Assembly (NCBI GenBank): GCA_031370785.1
Contig: JANMQY010000132.1
Span: forward strand, 1-25,630
DNA length: 25,630 bases
DNA from: Candidatus Eiseniibacteriota bacterium
Lineage (GTDB): Bacteria; Eisenbacteria; RBG-16-71-46
Reading direction: 5' to 3'
The translations under genes were made by a program, and so were the position numbers. This document shows positions 9,581-18,134 of this stretch, in pieces. Each line of letters opens with the position of its first letter. Position 1 is the first letter of the stretch. The notes beneath the pieces are model-generated. The model was given only the letters and a program-made list of their open reading frames with translations, was not told the DNA's origin and ran no database searches.

Positions 9581-10183
9581 ATGGGATCCAGAGATCGTCG
9601 AGTGGACGCCTATATCGCGAAGTCCGCCGATTTCGCGCAGCCGATTCTCAGGTACCTGCGGGAGGTCGTTCACGACGCGGTTCCTGAGATCGAAGAGACC
9701 ATGAAGTGGAGCTCTCCGCACTTTGGCCACAAGGGCATGATGTGCGGAATGGCCGCCTTCAAGCAGCACTGCACGTTCGGCTTCTGGAAGGGATTGCTGG
9801 TCGTCGGTCAGAACGGAGGGAAGGGCGAGGAGGCGATGGGGCAGTTCGGTCGCATCACCAGACTCTCCGACCTGCCTTCGAAGAAGGTGATCACCGGTTA
9901 TGTGCGCCTGGCCGCAAGGCTGAACGACGAAGGCGTCAAGGTGGTGCGCGCGAAGCCGAAGACCAAGAAGCCGCTGGTCGTGCCCGCGGATCTCAAGGCG
10001 GCTCTGAAGAAGAACCGCAAGGCCTCGGCCGCGTTCGAGAGTTTCAGTCCCACCCAGAAGCGCGAATACGTCGACTGGATCACCGAGAGCAAGCGCGAGG
10101 AGACTCGCGAGCGGCGGCTGGGACAGGCGATCCAATGGATGTCGCAGGGGAAGATCCGGAACTGGAAGTACGTCGACTGCTAG
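9581..10183 (+). CDS. YdeI/OmpD-associated family protein (DUF1801 + OmdA domains)
   Basis: gaggga SD; VDAYI..FAQPIL..LRE.VH..PEIEETMKWSSPHF, AFKQHCTFGFWKG; VPADLKAAL..FESFSPTQKREYVDWITESKREETRERRL. Confidence 0.92.
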   Translation: MGSRDRRVDAYIAKSADFAQPILRYLREVVHDAVPEIEETMKWSSPHFGHKGMMCGMAAFKQHCTFGFWKGLLVVGQNGGKGEEAMGQFGRITRLSDLPSKKVITGYVRLAARLNDEGVKVVRAKPKTKKPLVVPADLKAALKKNRKASAAFESFSPTQKREYVDWITESKREETRERRLGQAIQWMSQGKIRNWKYVDC

Positions 10184-10242
10184 GGGATTTCAGCCGAGCT
10201 CAATGCGGCCACTCCCGAGCCCCGACCCACGGTGAGGCCCGG

Positions 10243-10452
10243 ATCTTCAACCGCCTGGCGGTCCTGCGTGCGGAACGGGGCCTTACGCGCCGGGCCCTGG
10301 CCGATGCGGTCTCGGTCAACCACCAGACCATCGGGTTTCTGGAGCACGGCGACTACAGCCCGAGCCTGACGTCCGGGCGCTGAGCATCCAGTCCGCGCTT
10401 CTTCAAGGCCTCGCCGCGTCCGCTCATCGAAGAGCTCCGCCGCAGCGCCTGA
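10243..10452 (+). pseudogene. Degraded XRE-family HTH regulator
   Basis: IFNRLAVLRAERGLTRRALADAVSVNHQTIGFLEHGDYSPSL, then scrambled codons and TGA at 10381-10383, then RFFK..PRPLIEEL in the same frame; no in-frame start codon. Confidence 0.75.
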
Positions 10453-10660
10453 GCCTTCATAGGCAAACCGAGTCGCCCAAACCGTTCCGGCCACCCCGGT
10501 CCCCGACAAGTTGCGGGCTGGCCGTGAGCGCGACAAGCCTTCGCAAAGGACTGGATCGGCGCTGGCGTTGGTCGCGGCGACCGGGCAGAATCATCCGCGC
10601 TGGGACCATTATCCCAACCAGTCCTTGACCGTCTCCACCTCACCCTTGCGAGGAAACGTC

Positions 10661-11287
10661 ATGCGATTTCGTGTCATCTCGACCGTGCTGCTCGCGGCTG
10701 TTCTCTGCGCAGCGGCCGCGCTCGCCTCGATGAGCGGAGGCAGCTCGCCCGCGCCGCCTGCCGCGCCTTCGACCCAGAACCTGCCGCCTCCGGCCTCGCT
10801 GCCCGCCGAACAGGCTGCGGCGGCTGCCGCCGAGAGGCGCCAGAAGTCCCAGTCGCTATACGCCGAGGCCTACGACCTGATCACAAAGGCCAAGCAGGAC
10901 CTCGAGGCGAAGAAGAACAAGGACGCCGAGAAGAAATTCCGCCGGGCCGCCGAGAGCGGAGAGGCGGCGGTGCGCCTCGACTCGCGCTATCACGAGGCGT
11001 GGAACCTGATCGGCTTCGCGTATCGCAAGCTCGGCAACTACGACAAGGCGTTCGCGGCCTACGACCAGTGCCTCGGGTACAAGCCCGACTACACCCCGGC
11101 TCGCGAGTACGTGGGAGAGGCGTGGCTCGAGATGGGCCATCCCGAAAAAGCGCGCGAGCAGCTGGTAATGCTCGAGCACTTCAAGGCCGACGCCGACGCG
11201 AAGATCCTTCGCGACAAGATCGCGGCCTATGAGGCCGCTCATCCCGACACGAGCACGACCAAGGCGAGCGCAGCGTCCGGCCAGTAG
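10661..11287 (+). CDS. Secreted TPR-repeat protein (208 aa)
   Basis: gagga SD; signal peptide ending ALA; Pro/Ala linker; TPR units HEAWNLIGFAYRKLGNYDKAFAAYDQCLGYKPDY and AREYVGEAWLEMGHPEKAREQL. Confidence 0.9.
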   Translation: MRFRVISTVLLAAVLCAAAALASMSGGSSPAPPAAPSTQNLPPPASLPAEQAAAAAAERRQKSQSLYAEAYDLITKAKQDLEAKKNKDAEKKFRRAAESGEAAVRLDSRYHEAWNLIGFAYRKLGNYDKAFAAYDQCLGYKPDYTPAREYVGEAWLEMGHPEKAREQLVMLEHFKADADAKILRDKIAAYEAAHPDTSTTKASAASGQ

Positions 11288-11302
11288 CGCGACCGAAACA
11301 CG

Positions 11303-11336
11303 ACGGCCCCCCGATGGAGTCCCATCGGGGGGCCGT
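11303..11336. terminator. Perfect 15-bp hairpin between convergent genes, probable bidirectional terminator
   Basis: acggccccccgatgg-agtc-ccatcggggggccgt between the TPR and yceI stop codons; U-tracts are weak. Confidence 0.75.
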
Positions 11337-11353
11337 TCGCTTGATGTCCGGAC

Positions 11354-11986
11354 TTACTTCTTCGCCGCCGGCTTGTCGCCCGGAGCGAACGCGGCGACGT
11401 TGAGCACGAGCTCGACGTTGTCATCGAGCATCGCCCCGCCCTGATCGACGGTCTTGTTCCACACGATCCCAAAGTCCTTGCGGTTGACCGTGGTCGTGGC
11501 GTCGAACCCGGCCTGGAGACCGAGACTATTGCCGCCGATGTCCACCGGACCCATGCCGAGGAACTCGACGTCGAGCGTCACGGGCTTGGTGATGCCGCGA
11601 ATCGTCAGGTCGCCGGCGACCTGGAAGTGCTTGTCGTCCTTGCCCGGGATCACCTTCGTGCTCTTGAACGTGATGGTCGGGTACTTCTCGACCCAGAAGA
11701 AGTCCTGGGTGCGCATGTGTCCGTCGCGACGATCCACACCGGTGGAGATGCTGGAGTCGCGGATCGTGACTTCGACCGACGAGGCAGTGAGCGCCTTGGG
11801 GTCGTACACGATGGTGCCGTCGAAGTCGGTAAAGCGCCCATGCACCTTGGTAAAGAAGTGCCGGATGTTGAAACCCACCTCGGTGTGCGCGCGGTCGATG
11901 GTGAATGTCTTCGGCTCTGCGGCAGCGAGCGTGGCGCTGAGACCCAGTGATGCTGCGGTGACAGCCACCAGCAGAAGTCGCTTCAC
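11354..11986 (-). CDS. yceI: YceI-family polyisoprenoid-binding periplasmic protein
   Basis: aaggag SD before GTG; signal peptide; FTIDRAHTEVGFNIRH, SISTG..RRDGHMR..DFF..KYPTITFKS, GDLTIRGITKPVTL, NRKDFGI.W. Confidence 0.95.
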   Translation of the reverse strand: MKRLLLVAVTAASLGLSATLAAAEPKTFTIDRAHTEVGFNIRHFFTKVHGRFTDFDGTIVYDPKALTASSVEVTIRDSSISTGVDRRDGHMRTQDFFWVEKYPTITFKSTKVIPGKDDKHFQVAGDLTIRGITKPVTLDVEFLGMGPVDIGGNSLGLQAGFDATTTVNRKDFGIVWNKTVDQGGAMLDDNVELVLNVAAFAPGDKPAAKK

Positions 11987-12245
11987 GAAGCACTCCTTTC
12001 CGGCGAACGCCAGAGGCGCATCGCCGTGAAACGGAATTTGGGGAGGATCACAGCTCCCGCGTGATCGCGCGAGTCGAGGAGATCCATTGGAGACATGACG
12101 CGCCTTGGATGACCCGGGCGCGGCATGGGTTCCTCTTCTAACACAGGTTCCGGCACGAGAGAGGCGTTTTCCCGGCCGGCCGCGGTCATTTTGCCCGCGC
12201 TTGACCGCCTGCCGTACCCGCGCCGACCACGGGGCAGAGGGCGGC

Positions 12246-12275
12246 TTGAGGCTGGAGTGCGAGGCCCGTTAGCAT
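12246..12275 (+). promoter_or_regulatory. Putative sigma70-type promoter giving a leaderless transcript
   Basis: TTGAGG-N18-TAGCAT, with 6 nt between the -10 box and GTG 12282; no SD. Confidence 0.45.
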
Positions 12276-12281
12276 GACGCC

Positions 12282-13295
12282 GTGTCAGAGTTCGAGAAGA
12301 CCCCACCCGACGTACGCGATCTCCTCTCCAAGCGGATCAGCCAGCTGGGCCTCAGGCTCGAGGGCTCGCCCGTCGAGCGCTTCGTCCTGCGCCTCTACCA
12401 CGAACTGGATCGCAAGGGAATCAAGCGCTTCAAGCCGATCTGCTATCTCACCGACGAGTGGGGTTGCCCGGACGGCCAGCCGGTGATCGGCATCCCGTTC
12501 TATCTCGCTGATCCGAAGCTCGCCCGGCTCGAGCGCTCGATGAACGGCCTCGAAGACCAGCGCGAGATCATGATGTATCTGCGCCACGAGGCGGGCCATG
12601 CGTTCAACTACGCGTACAAGCTGTATGCGACTCCCGAGTGGCGCAAGCTGTTCGGTCCCTACAACCGCCGGTATCGCGACCACTATCGTCCGCTGCCGTT
12701 CAGTCGCAAGTACGTGCGCCACCTCGCGGGCTGGTACGCGCAGAAGCATCCCGACGAAGACTTCGCCGAATCATTCGCGGTGTGGCTCACACCGCGCGCC
12801 AACTGGCGCGCACGTTACCGCGGCTGGCCGGCGCTGGCCAAGCTTCTCTATGTGGACCGCATTGCCCGGCGCGTGCGCGAGCAGGATCCACTGGTCTCGA
12901 GCGGCGACTTCGACATCACGGTCGAGGACATGAAGCTCACGGTCGAGCAGTTCTACCGGCGCTGGATGCGGGAGAACGGCGCGGCGGCCAACGTCGCGCT
13001 CGAGCGCGATCTCGCGGACCTGTTCCTCAAGTTCCACGGGCGGCTCAGGCACGTGCGCCCGGCGTGGGAGATGATCGAACAGCATCGCGAGCTGCTCATC
13101 GACAAGATCACGTTCTGGACTGGAGTGAGGCGTTCGCTGGTGCGCGCGCTGGTCGAGCGCATGATTCGAACGAGTCGCGAGCACAATCTGCACGCGCGGA
13201 CCGGGAGGGAGGCGGACTACCTGGTCGAACTTACGGCCTATGGAACCACCCTCGCGATGAATTACCTTACACGCGGCAGGTTCGTTCAGGGTTGA
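12282..13295 (+). CDS. Putative zinc-binding metallopeptidase (zincin, Peptidase_Mx-like)
   Basis: HExxH in YLRHEAGHA; downstream YAQKHPDEDFAESFAVWL supplies a candidate third ligand Glu; no signal peptide. Confidence 0.88.
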   Translation: MSEFEKTPPDVRDLLSKRISQLGLRLEGSPVERFVLRLYHELDRKGIKRFKPICYLTDEWGCPDGQPVIGIPFYLADPKLARLERSMNGLEDQREIMMYLRHEAGHAFNYAYKLYATPEWRKLFGPYNRRYRDHYRPLPFSRKYVRHLAGWYAQKHPDEDFAESFAVWLTPRANWRARYRGWPALAKLLYVDRIARRVREQDPLVSSGDFDITVEDMKLTVEQFYRRWMRENGAAANVALERDLADLFLKFHGRLRHVRPAWEMIEQHRELLIDKITFWTGVRRSLVRALVERMIRTSREHNLHARTGREADYLVELTAYGTTLAMNYLTRGRFVQG

Positions 13296-13344
13296 GCGTG
13301 CCCCAAGGACGGGGGCGTCACTGGTCAACAGGCGAGGATCGCCC

Positions 13345-14367
13345 ATGGCGAAGCTCCGCATCGGAGTGCTCTACGACTTCTGGTGGGACGAGGACGAGAC
13401 TCGGGAAGGCGACTCACGCCCCCGTCGCAAGTCCCCGGACGAGGACGTTCAGGAGGTCTATGAGGCGCTCAAGAAGAAGGGCCACAGCCCGATATTCCTG
13501 CGCATCGACGGCAGCCCCGAGAGCCTGACCGAGCTGGCAAAGACCGAGACCGACCTGATCTTCAACCTGGTCGAGTCGTTTGCCGGGGACGACAGCTTCG
13601 ACAGTCACGTGGCGGCCTACCTCGAGCTGCTGGGCCGCAAGTTCACCGGGGCCGGCGCCCATGGGCTCTACCTCGCCCAGGAAAAGGCGCTCGCCAAGAA
13701 GATCTTCGCCTTCCACGGCATCCACACCCCGTACTTCGCGACCGTGTACCGCGGGCGCACCGACCATGCCCACGACATCCAGTTCCCGGTGATCGTCAAG
13801 CCGGCCCGCGAGGACGGCTCGATCGGCATCCAGTTCGGGGCGGTGTGCGGCTCGATCAAGGAACTGATGGAGCGGATCGACTACATCCACGCCGAGTTCG
13901 ACACCCCGGCCCTGATCGAGGAGTACATCGAGGGCCGCGAGCTGTACGTCGGCGTGCTCGGCACCGACCGGCCCATGGCGCTGCCGGTGGTAGAGATGGA
14001 CCTGTCCAAGCTGCCGGAGGGAACTCCGAAGATTGCCGGCAGCGAGGTGAAGTGGGAGGAGGACACCGAGGCCTACCGCACCACCCGTCCGTTCTTCCCA
14101 GACGATCTGGACGACGAGATGGTCGCACGCGTTCAGAGCGCGGCAGTGCAGGCGTTTCAGGCGCTCGAGCTGCGCGACTACGGTCGCATCGACTTCCGCC
14201 TGGCCGCGGACGGCACGCTGCACGTGCTGGAAGTGAACCCCAATCCCTACCTGCTTCCGACCGCGGAATTCGCGATGGCCGCAAAGAAGGCCGGCAAGTC
14301 CTACGCCGACCTGATCAACGAGATCGCCGAGCTGGCTCTGGCCCGCTACCCCAACGGCGCAAGCTGA
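13345..14367 (+). CDS. D-Ala-D-Ala-ligase-like ATP-grasp amidoligase (non-canonical Ddl)
   Basis: gagga SD; EKALAK, FPVIVKPAREDGSIGI, LIEEYIEGRE, YGRIDFR, LEVNPNP; lacks the Ddl motifs GG.S.EH and LHG..GEDG. Confidence 0.9.
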   Translation: MAKLRIGVLYDFWWDEDETREGDSRPRRKSPDEDVQEVYEALKKKGHSPIFLRIDGSPESLTELAKTETDLIFNLVESFAGDDSFDSHVAAYLELLGRKFTGAGAHGLYLAQEKALAKKIFAFHGIHTPYFATVYRGRTDHAHDIQFPVIVKPAREDGSIGIQFGAVCGSIKELMERIDYIHAEFDTPALIEEYIEGRELYVGVLGTDRPMALPVVEMDLSKLPEGTPKIAGSEVKWEEDTEAYRTTRPFFPDDLDDEMVARVQSAAVQAFQALELRDYGRIDFRLAADGTLHVLEVNPNPYLLPTAEFAMAAKKAGKSYADLINEIAELALARYPNGAS

Positions 14368-14475
14368 GAGGTCCAGACCGCCTCGCGTTCGCCGTCGGCT
14401 GCGGTCGAAGGGCGCGCGCGGAGTCTCGCGGCGCTGAAGGGACGCTCGTTTCGGACAGTATTCATGCGTCTCCGA

Positions 14476-14505
14476 TTGACAGCGCCGTGTCCAGAAGCGC
14501 AAAAT
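14476..14505 (+). promoter_or_regulatory. Possible sigma70-type promoter upstream of the CHRD remnant and secreted-protein operon
   Basis: TTGACA-N18-CAAAAT: consensus -35, imperfect -10. Confidence 0.3.
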
Positions 14506-14600
14506 TGTGCGGCCTGAGTTGGGGCGTTCATGAGACGCAGTGGCTCAGGCGAACGATGCGGCGCCGCCAATTTCAGAGCAACCCCTACCCGGAGTCCCCC

Positions 14601-14775
14601 CTCAACGGCGCGAACGGCGAAGTTCCGGAACCGGGCGCCACATCCGATACTTTCGATGGCAACTGGACCACGATTCAGTCCGTCGAGGCTCTGACTGCAG
14701 CGCAGGTCGCGGAGCTGTTCGCCGGCAGGTGGTACGTGAACATCCACAGCGTCAACCTGCGGCGAGATCCGCGGG
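14601..14775 (+). pseudogene. CHRD-domain remnant (internally deleted, frameshifted)
   Basis: LNGAN(G)EVP...LTAAQVAELFAGRWYVNIHS, then GEIRG (ggcgagatccgcggg, 14761-14775) in a shifted frame. These are the two terminal signatures of CHRD; most of the middle is missing. Confidence 0.72.
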
Positions 14776-14941
14776 CTTCCGGCGGCCATGTTCGATTCTT
14801 CGGGCGTGGCCGGCTCTCGTCGGGGCCGAAGAGCGGTCCGCGCGCCTTGACCGTCGCGGTCGCGGCACGGCAGACTTCCACGGATTCTTCGAGTTGAAAC
14901 GCACCTATCTTTTCGCCGGACTACCGCACTCGGGAGCTCTG

Positions 14942-16537
14942 ATGAACAGTCGCGTCCCGCCTCACACTCTCCACCCGCTGGCGCGACCGTGCCTGACCGC
15001 GCTGGCGCTCGCCCTGATCTGCGCCGCAGCGCTGCCGCGTTTCGCCGGCGCACAGGGCTCGTTGCCGGTCGGGTTTTCGGATCTGCTGGTCACCGGGAGC
15101 CTGGACTATCCGATCGGGATGGCGTTCCTGCCCGACGGACGCCTGCTCGTGATCGAGCAGAAGAGCACGAAGATCCGCCTGGTGGTGGGCGGCGCGCTCG
15201 CGCCAGTCGAGGTTTGCACGGTGGACGAAGTCCAGACCGCGGGCTACGAGCAGGGCCTGCTCGGGATCGCGGTGGATCCGGGCTGGCCGCTGCGGCCGTA
15301 CATCTACATCCATTGCGACAATCTCGCGCCCCCGACCACCATCCGGATCTCGCGCTACACGGTGACCGGCGATCTGTCCTACACCGGGAACGGAGCGCTC
15401 TCGATCGATGTCGCTTCGCGCTACGACCTCATCAATACGTTGCCCGACATTACGAACCAGCACAATGGCGGCACGCTGCGCTTCGGTCCCGATGGGAAGC
15501 TCTACGCCAGCATCGGCGACGACTTGCAGAGTTGCATGGCGCAGGATGACAGCACGCTGCACGGGGTGATCCTGCGCCTCGAGGTGAACAACCTGCCGGG
15601 TGGCGCGGGCGGTCCGCCGGCGCTCAGCCTGATCACGCCCTCGGACAATCCGCAGGTTGGCTCGACCAACGCGAACACGCGCCTCATCTACGCGTTCGGT
15701 TTGCGCAACCCATACCGGTTCCAGATCGATCAACCGACCGGCGACCTGTACATCTCGGACGTCGGCGAGGTCACCTACGAAGAGGTGAATCGAGCGACGA
15801 GCGGCGGGCTCAACTTCGGCTGGCCCAATTACGAGGGTCCGTCGCTGTACGGCTCCTCGTGCCCGGCCGACAACCCGACCGGCCCCATCTACTGGTACGA
15901 CCGCACCGCACAGGACGCCGCGGCGTGCATCGCCGCCGGCGTGTATCGCTCCAGCCCGTTCGCGTCGAACGCATTCCCTGCGAGCCATCGCGGAGATTTT
16001 TTCTTCAGCGACTACTACGCCGGCTTTCTGCGCCGCCTTCACCTGAGCGGATCCACCTGGTCGATCGCGTCCCCCGAGCTCGGGCAGCCGAACGCGACCG
16101 ACTGGGGAACTGGCTTCGAATGGGTGAGCGACTACGCACTCGGCGCCGACGGCGCGCTCTGGTACGTCAAGCAGTTCACGGGATCGACTCCGGCCGCGGG
16201 CACCGGCGAGATCCGCCGCATCGTCCATCAGGGAAGTGGAGGTGGGGGTGGAAGCGTCGCGGTGGTCAACTTCGCCGAGCCCTATCCCTCACCCGCGCCC
16301 GGGTTCGCCACGCTGCCCTACACGCTTGCGATCGAGGCTCAGGTTCACATCGTGGTGTTCGATCTCAGCGGGCGCGCGGTGCGACACCTCATCAACGCGG
16401 ATCAGCCCGCGGGCCTGCATCAGCCGACCTGGGACGGAAAGGACGATGAGGGTCGCCTGGCCCCTTCGGGGCTCTATGCGGTCCGGCTCGAAGCTGCCGG
16501 AAAAGTCGTGGGCCGGCGCCTCATGCTGGTACGCTGA
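14942..16537 (+). CDS. Secreted GSDH / PQQ-dependent sugar-dehydrogenase-family propeller with C-terminal FlgD-Ig/T9SS-like domain, paralogue 1 (531 aa)
   Basis: gggag SD before ATG 14942; signal ending AGA|Q; PIGMAFLPDGRLLVIEQ, EQGLLGIAVDP, HNGGTLRFGPDGKLY, FGLRNPYRF, NFGWP.YEG; CTD PYPSP...VFDLSGRAVRHL...WDGKDDEG...SGLYAVRL...RRLMLVR. Confidence 0.92.
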   Translation: MNSRVPPHTLHPLARPCLTALALALICAAALPRFAGAQGSLPVGFSDLLVTGSLDYPIGMAFLPDGRLLVIEQKSTKIRLVVGGALAPVEVCTVDEVQTAGYEQGLLGIAVDPGWPLRPYIYIHCDNLAPPTTIRISRYTVTGDLSYTGNGALSIDVASRYDLINTLPDITNQHNGGTLRFGPDGKLYASIGDDLQSCMAQDDSTLHGVILRLEVNNLPGGAGGPPALSLITPSDNPQVGSTNANTRLIYAFGLRNPYRFQIDQPTGDLYISDVGEVTYEEVNRATSGGLNFGWPNYEGPSLYGSSCPADNPTGPIYWYDRTAQDAAACIAAGVYRSSPFASNAFPASHRGDFFFSDYYAGFLRRLHLSGSTWSIASPELGQPNATDWGTGFEWVSDYALGADGALWYVKQFTGSTPAAGTGEIRRIVHQGSGGGGGSVAVVNFAEPYPSPAPGFATLPYTLAIEAQVHIVVFDLSGRAVRHLINADQPAGLHQPTWDGKDDEGRLAPSGLYAVRLEAAGKVVGRRLMLVR

Positions 16538-16541
16538 CGCC

Positions 16542-18134
16542 ATGTTCGGCGTTTGTCCGGTGTGCGCCCGATCTCTGCGCGTCCGCGCGATCCTTGCACT
16601 TCTCGCCGCACTGAGCGCGGTGACGGCGGCCCGCCCGGTCGCCGCTCAGACTTCGCTCCCCACCGGATTCTCGGATCTGCTGGTCGCGGGTGCGCTCGAT
16701 TTCCCGGTCGGGATGGCCTTTGTCGACAGCCGCCGCCTGCTGGTGATCGAGCAGAAGAGCGCGAAGATCCGGCTGCTGGTGGACGGCGCTCTTTCCGTGA
16801 CCGATCCGGTGTGCACGGTGGACAACGTTCAGACCGCGGGCGACGAGCAGGGCCTGCTCGGGATCGCGGTGGACCCTCTCTGGCCGGCTCAGCCCTATGT
16901 CTACCTCCATTGCGACGAACTGACGCCCGCGAACACCATCCGCATCTCGCGCTACGCCGTGACCGGGGACCTGTCGTTCACCGGAAACGGTGCGCTCTCG
17001 ATCGATATTGCGTCGCGTCGCGATCTCATCAATTCCCTGCCGGACATTGCAGAGAATCACAACGGTGGAACGCTGCGTTTCGGTCCCGACGGAAAGCTCT
17101 ACGACAGCATGGGCGAGGACGCGCAGGGCTGCCTGGCGCAGGGCGACAGCACGCTGCACGGCGTCATCCTGCGCCTCGAGGTGAACAACCTGCCGGGCGG
17201 GCCCGGGGGTCCGCCGTCGCTCGACGTGATCACGCCGTCCGACAACCCGCAGGTCGGCTCGAGCAACGCGAACACGCGCCTGATCTACGCGTACGGCCTG
17301 CGCAATCCCTATCGGTTTCACATCGATCCGACCAACGGCGACCTGTTCATCGCCGACGTCGGCCAGAGTCGCTACGAGGAGATCGATCATGCGACGACCG
17401 GCCCGCTCAACTTCGGCTGGCCGCACTTCGAGGGGCCGGCAGTGTTACAGGCGAGCTGCGTCGCGATCGCTCCGGTCGCACCCATCTTCTCGTACGACCG
17501 GGCCGGGTTCACCGCCGCGGTGATCAGCGCCGGCATCTATCGCTCGTCGCTGCCGCCGGCCTCCTCATTTCCGGCGGGCTATCAGGGCGACTATTTCTTC
17601 AGCGACTACTACCAGGGATTCCTGCGCCGCATCCAGCTCAGCGGCTCGACGTGGTCGCTCGCGGCGCGGGAGCCGGGCCAGCCGAACGCGACCGACTGGG
17701 GCACGGGGTTCGGAGGTGTCAGCGACTACCTGATCGGGCCGGAAGGCGCGCTCTGGTACGTGCGACAGTTCGCCGGCACCGTTCCTCAGAATGGCACCGG
17801 GCAGATCCGCCGTATCGTGTACAACGCCAGCTCGCCGCCACTGCCGGGCGGAGGTGGAGTCACCTTTGCCGAGCCCTATCCGTCCCCGGCGCCCGGCTAC
17901 GCGAACCTCTCCTACACGCTCGAGTCGGACGCGGTGGTGCGCCTCGTCATCTTCGACCTCAATGGTCGCCTGGTGCGCCGCATCGAGGATGGCACGCAGC
18001 GGACCGCGGGCACCTATCAGCCCACCTGGGACGGGACGGACGATGACGGGCGCAGCGTGCGTGCGGGGCTCTACGCGATCCGTCTGCTGGCCGGTGGGGT
18101 CGAGAAGATGCGCCGCGTGATGCTGATCCGGTGA
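16542..18134 (+). CDS. Secreted GSDH-family propeller with FlgD-Ig/T9SS-like domain, paralogue 2 (about 530 aa)
   Basis: Collinear with the previous gene, with long identical blocks (EQGLLGIAVDP, HNGGTLRFGPDGKLY, STLHGVILRLEVNNLPGG, GQPNATDWGTGF); signal ending VAA|Q; ends RRVMLIR. Confidence 0.92.
   Translation: MFGVCPVCARSLRVRAILALLAALSAVTAARPVAAQTSLPTGFSDLLVAGALDFPVGMAFVDSRRLLVIEQKSAKIRLLVDGALSVTDPVCTVDNVQTAGDEQGLLGIAVDPLWPAQPYVYLHCDELTPANTIRISRYAVTGDLSFTGNGALSIDIASRRDLINSLPDIAENHNGGTLRFGPDGKLYDSMGEDAQGCLAQGDSTLHGVILRLEVNNLPGGPGGPPSLDVITPSDNPQVGSSNANTRLIYAYGLRNPYRFHIDPTNGDLFIADVGQSRYEEIDHATTGPLNFGWPHFEGPAVLQASCVAIAPVAPIFSYDRAGFTAAVISAGIYRSSLPPASSFPAGYQGDYFFSDYYQGFLRRIQLSGSTWSLAAREPGQPNATDWGTGFGGVSDYLIGPEGALWYVRQFAGTVPQNGTGQIRRIVYNASSPPLPGGGGVTFAEPYPSPAPGYANLSYTLESDAVVRLVIFDLNGRLVRRIEDGTQRTAGTYQPTWDGTDDDGRSVRAGLYAIRLLAGGVEKMRRVMLIR

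Noticed and set aside
10455..10560. c-di-GMP-I riboswitch suggested by GGCAAACC
   Set aside because: The GAAA tetraloop stem and the downstream GGGACGCAAAG-type pairing partner are absent.
13345..14367. Calling the ligase ddl or vanA
   Set aside because: Substrate-site motifs differ and there is no cell-wall or van cluster context.
14540..14941. Long N-terminal extensions from the ORF track (starts at 14540, 16236, 10511, 23624, 3174, 9542)
   Set aside because: Downstream ATGs have an SD and/or begin a signal peptide or the family N-terminus; the extensions look non-coding or overlap neighbouring genes.
16554..16565. CPVC near the start of GSDH paralogue 2 as a metal or redox motif
   Set aside because: It lies in the signal-peptide n-region with an uncertain start and is absent from paralogue 1.
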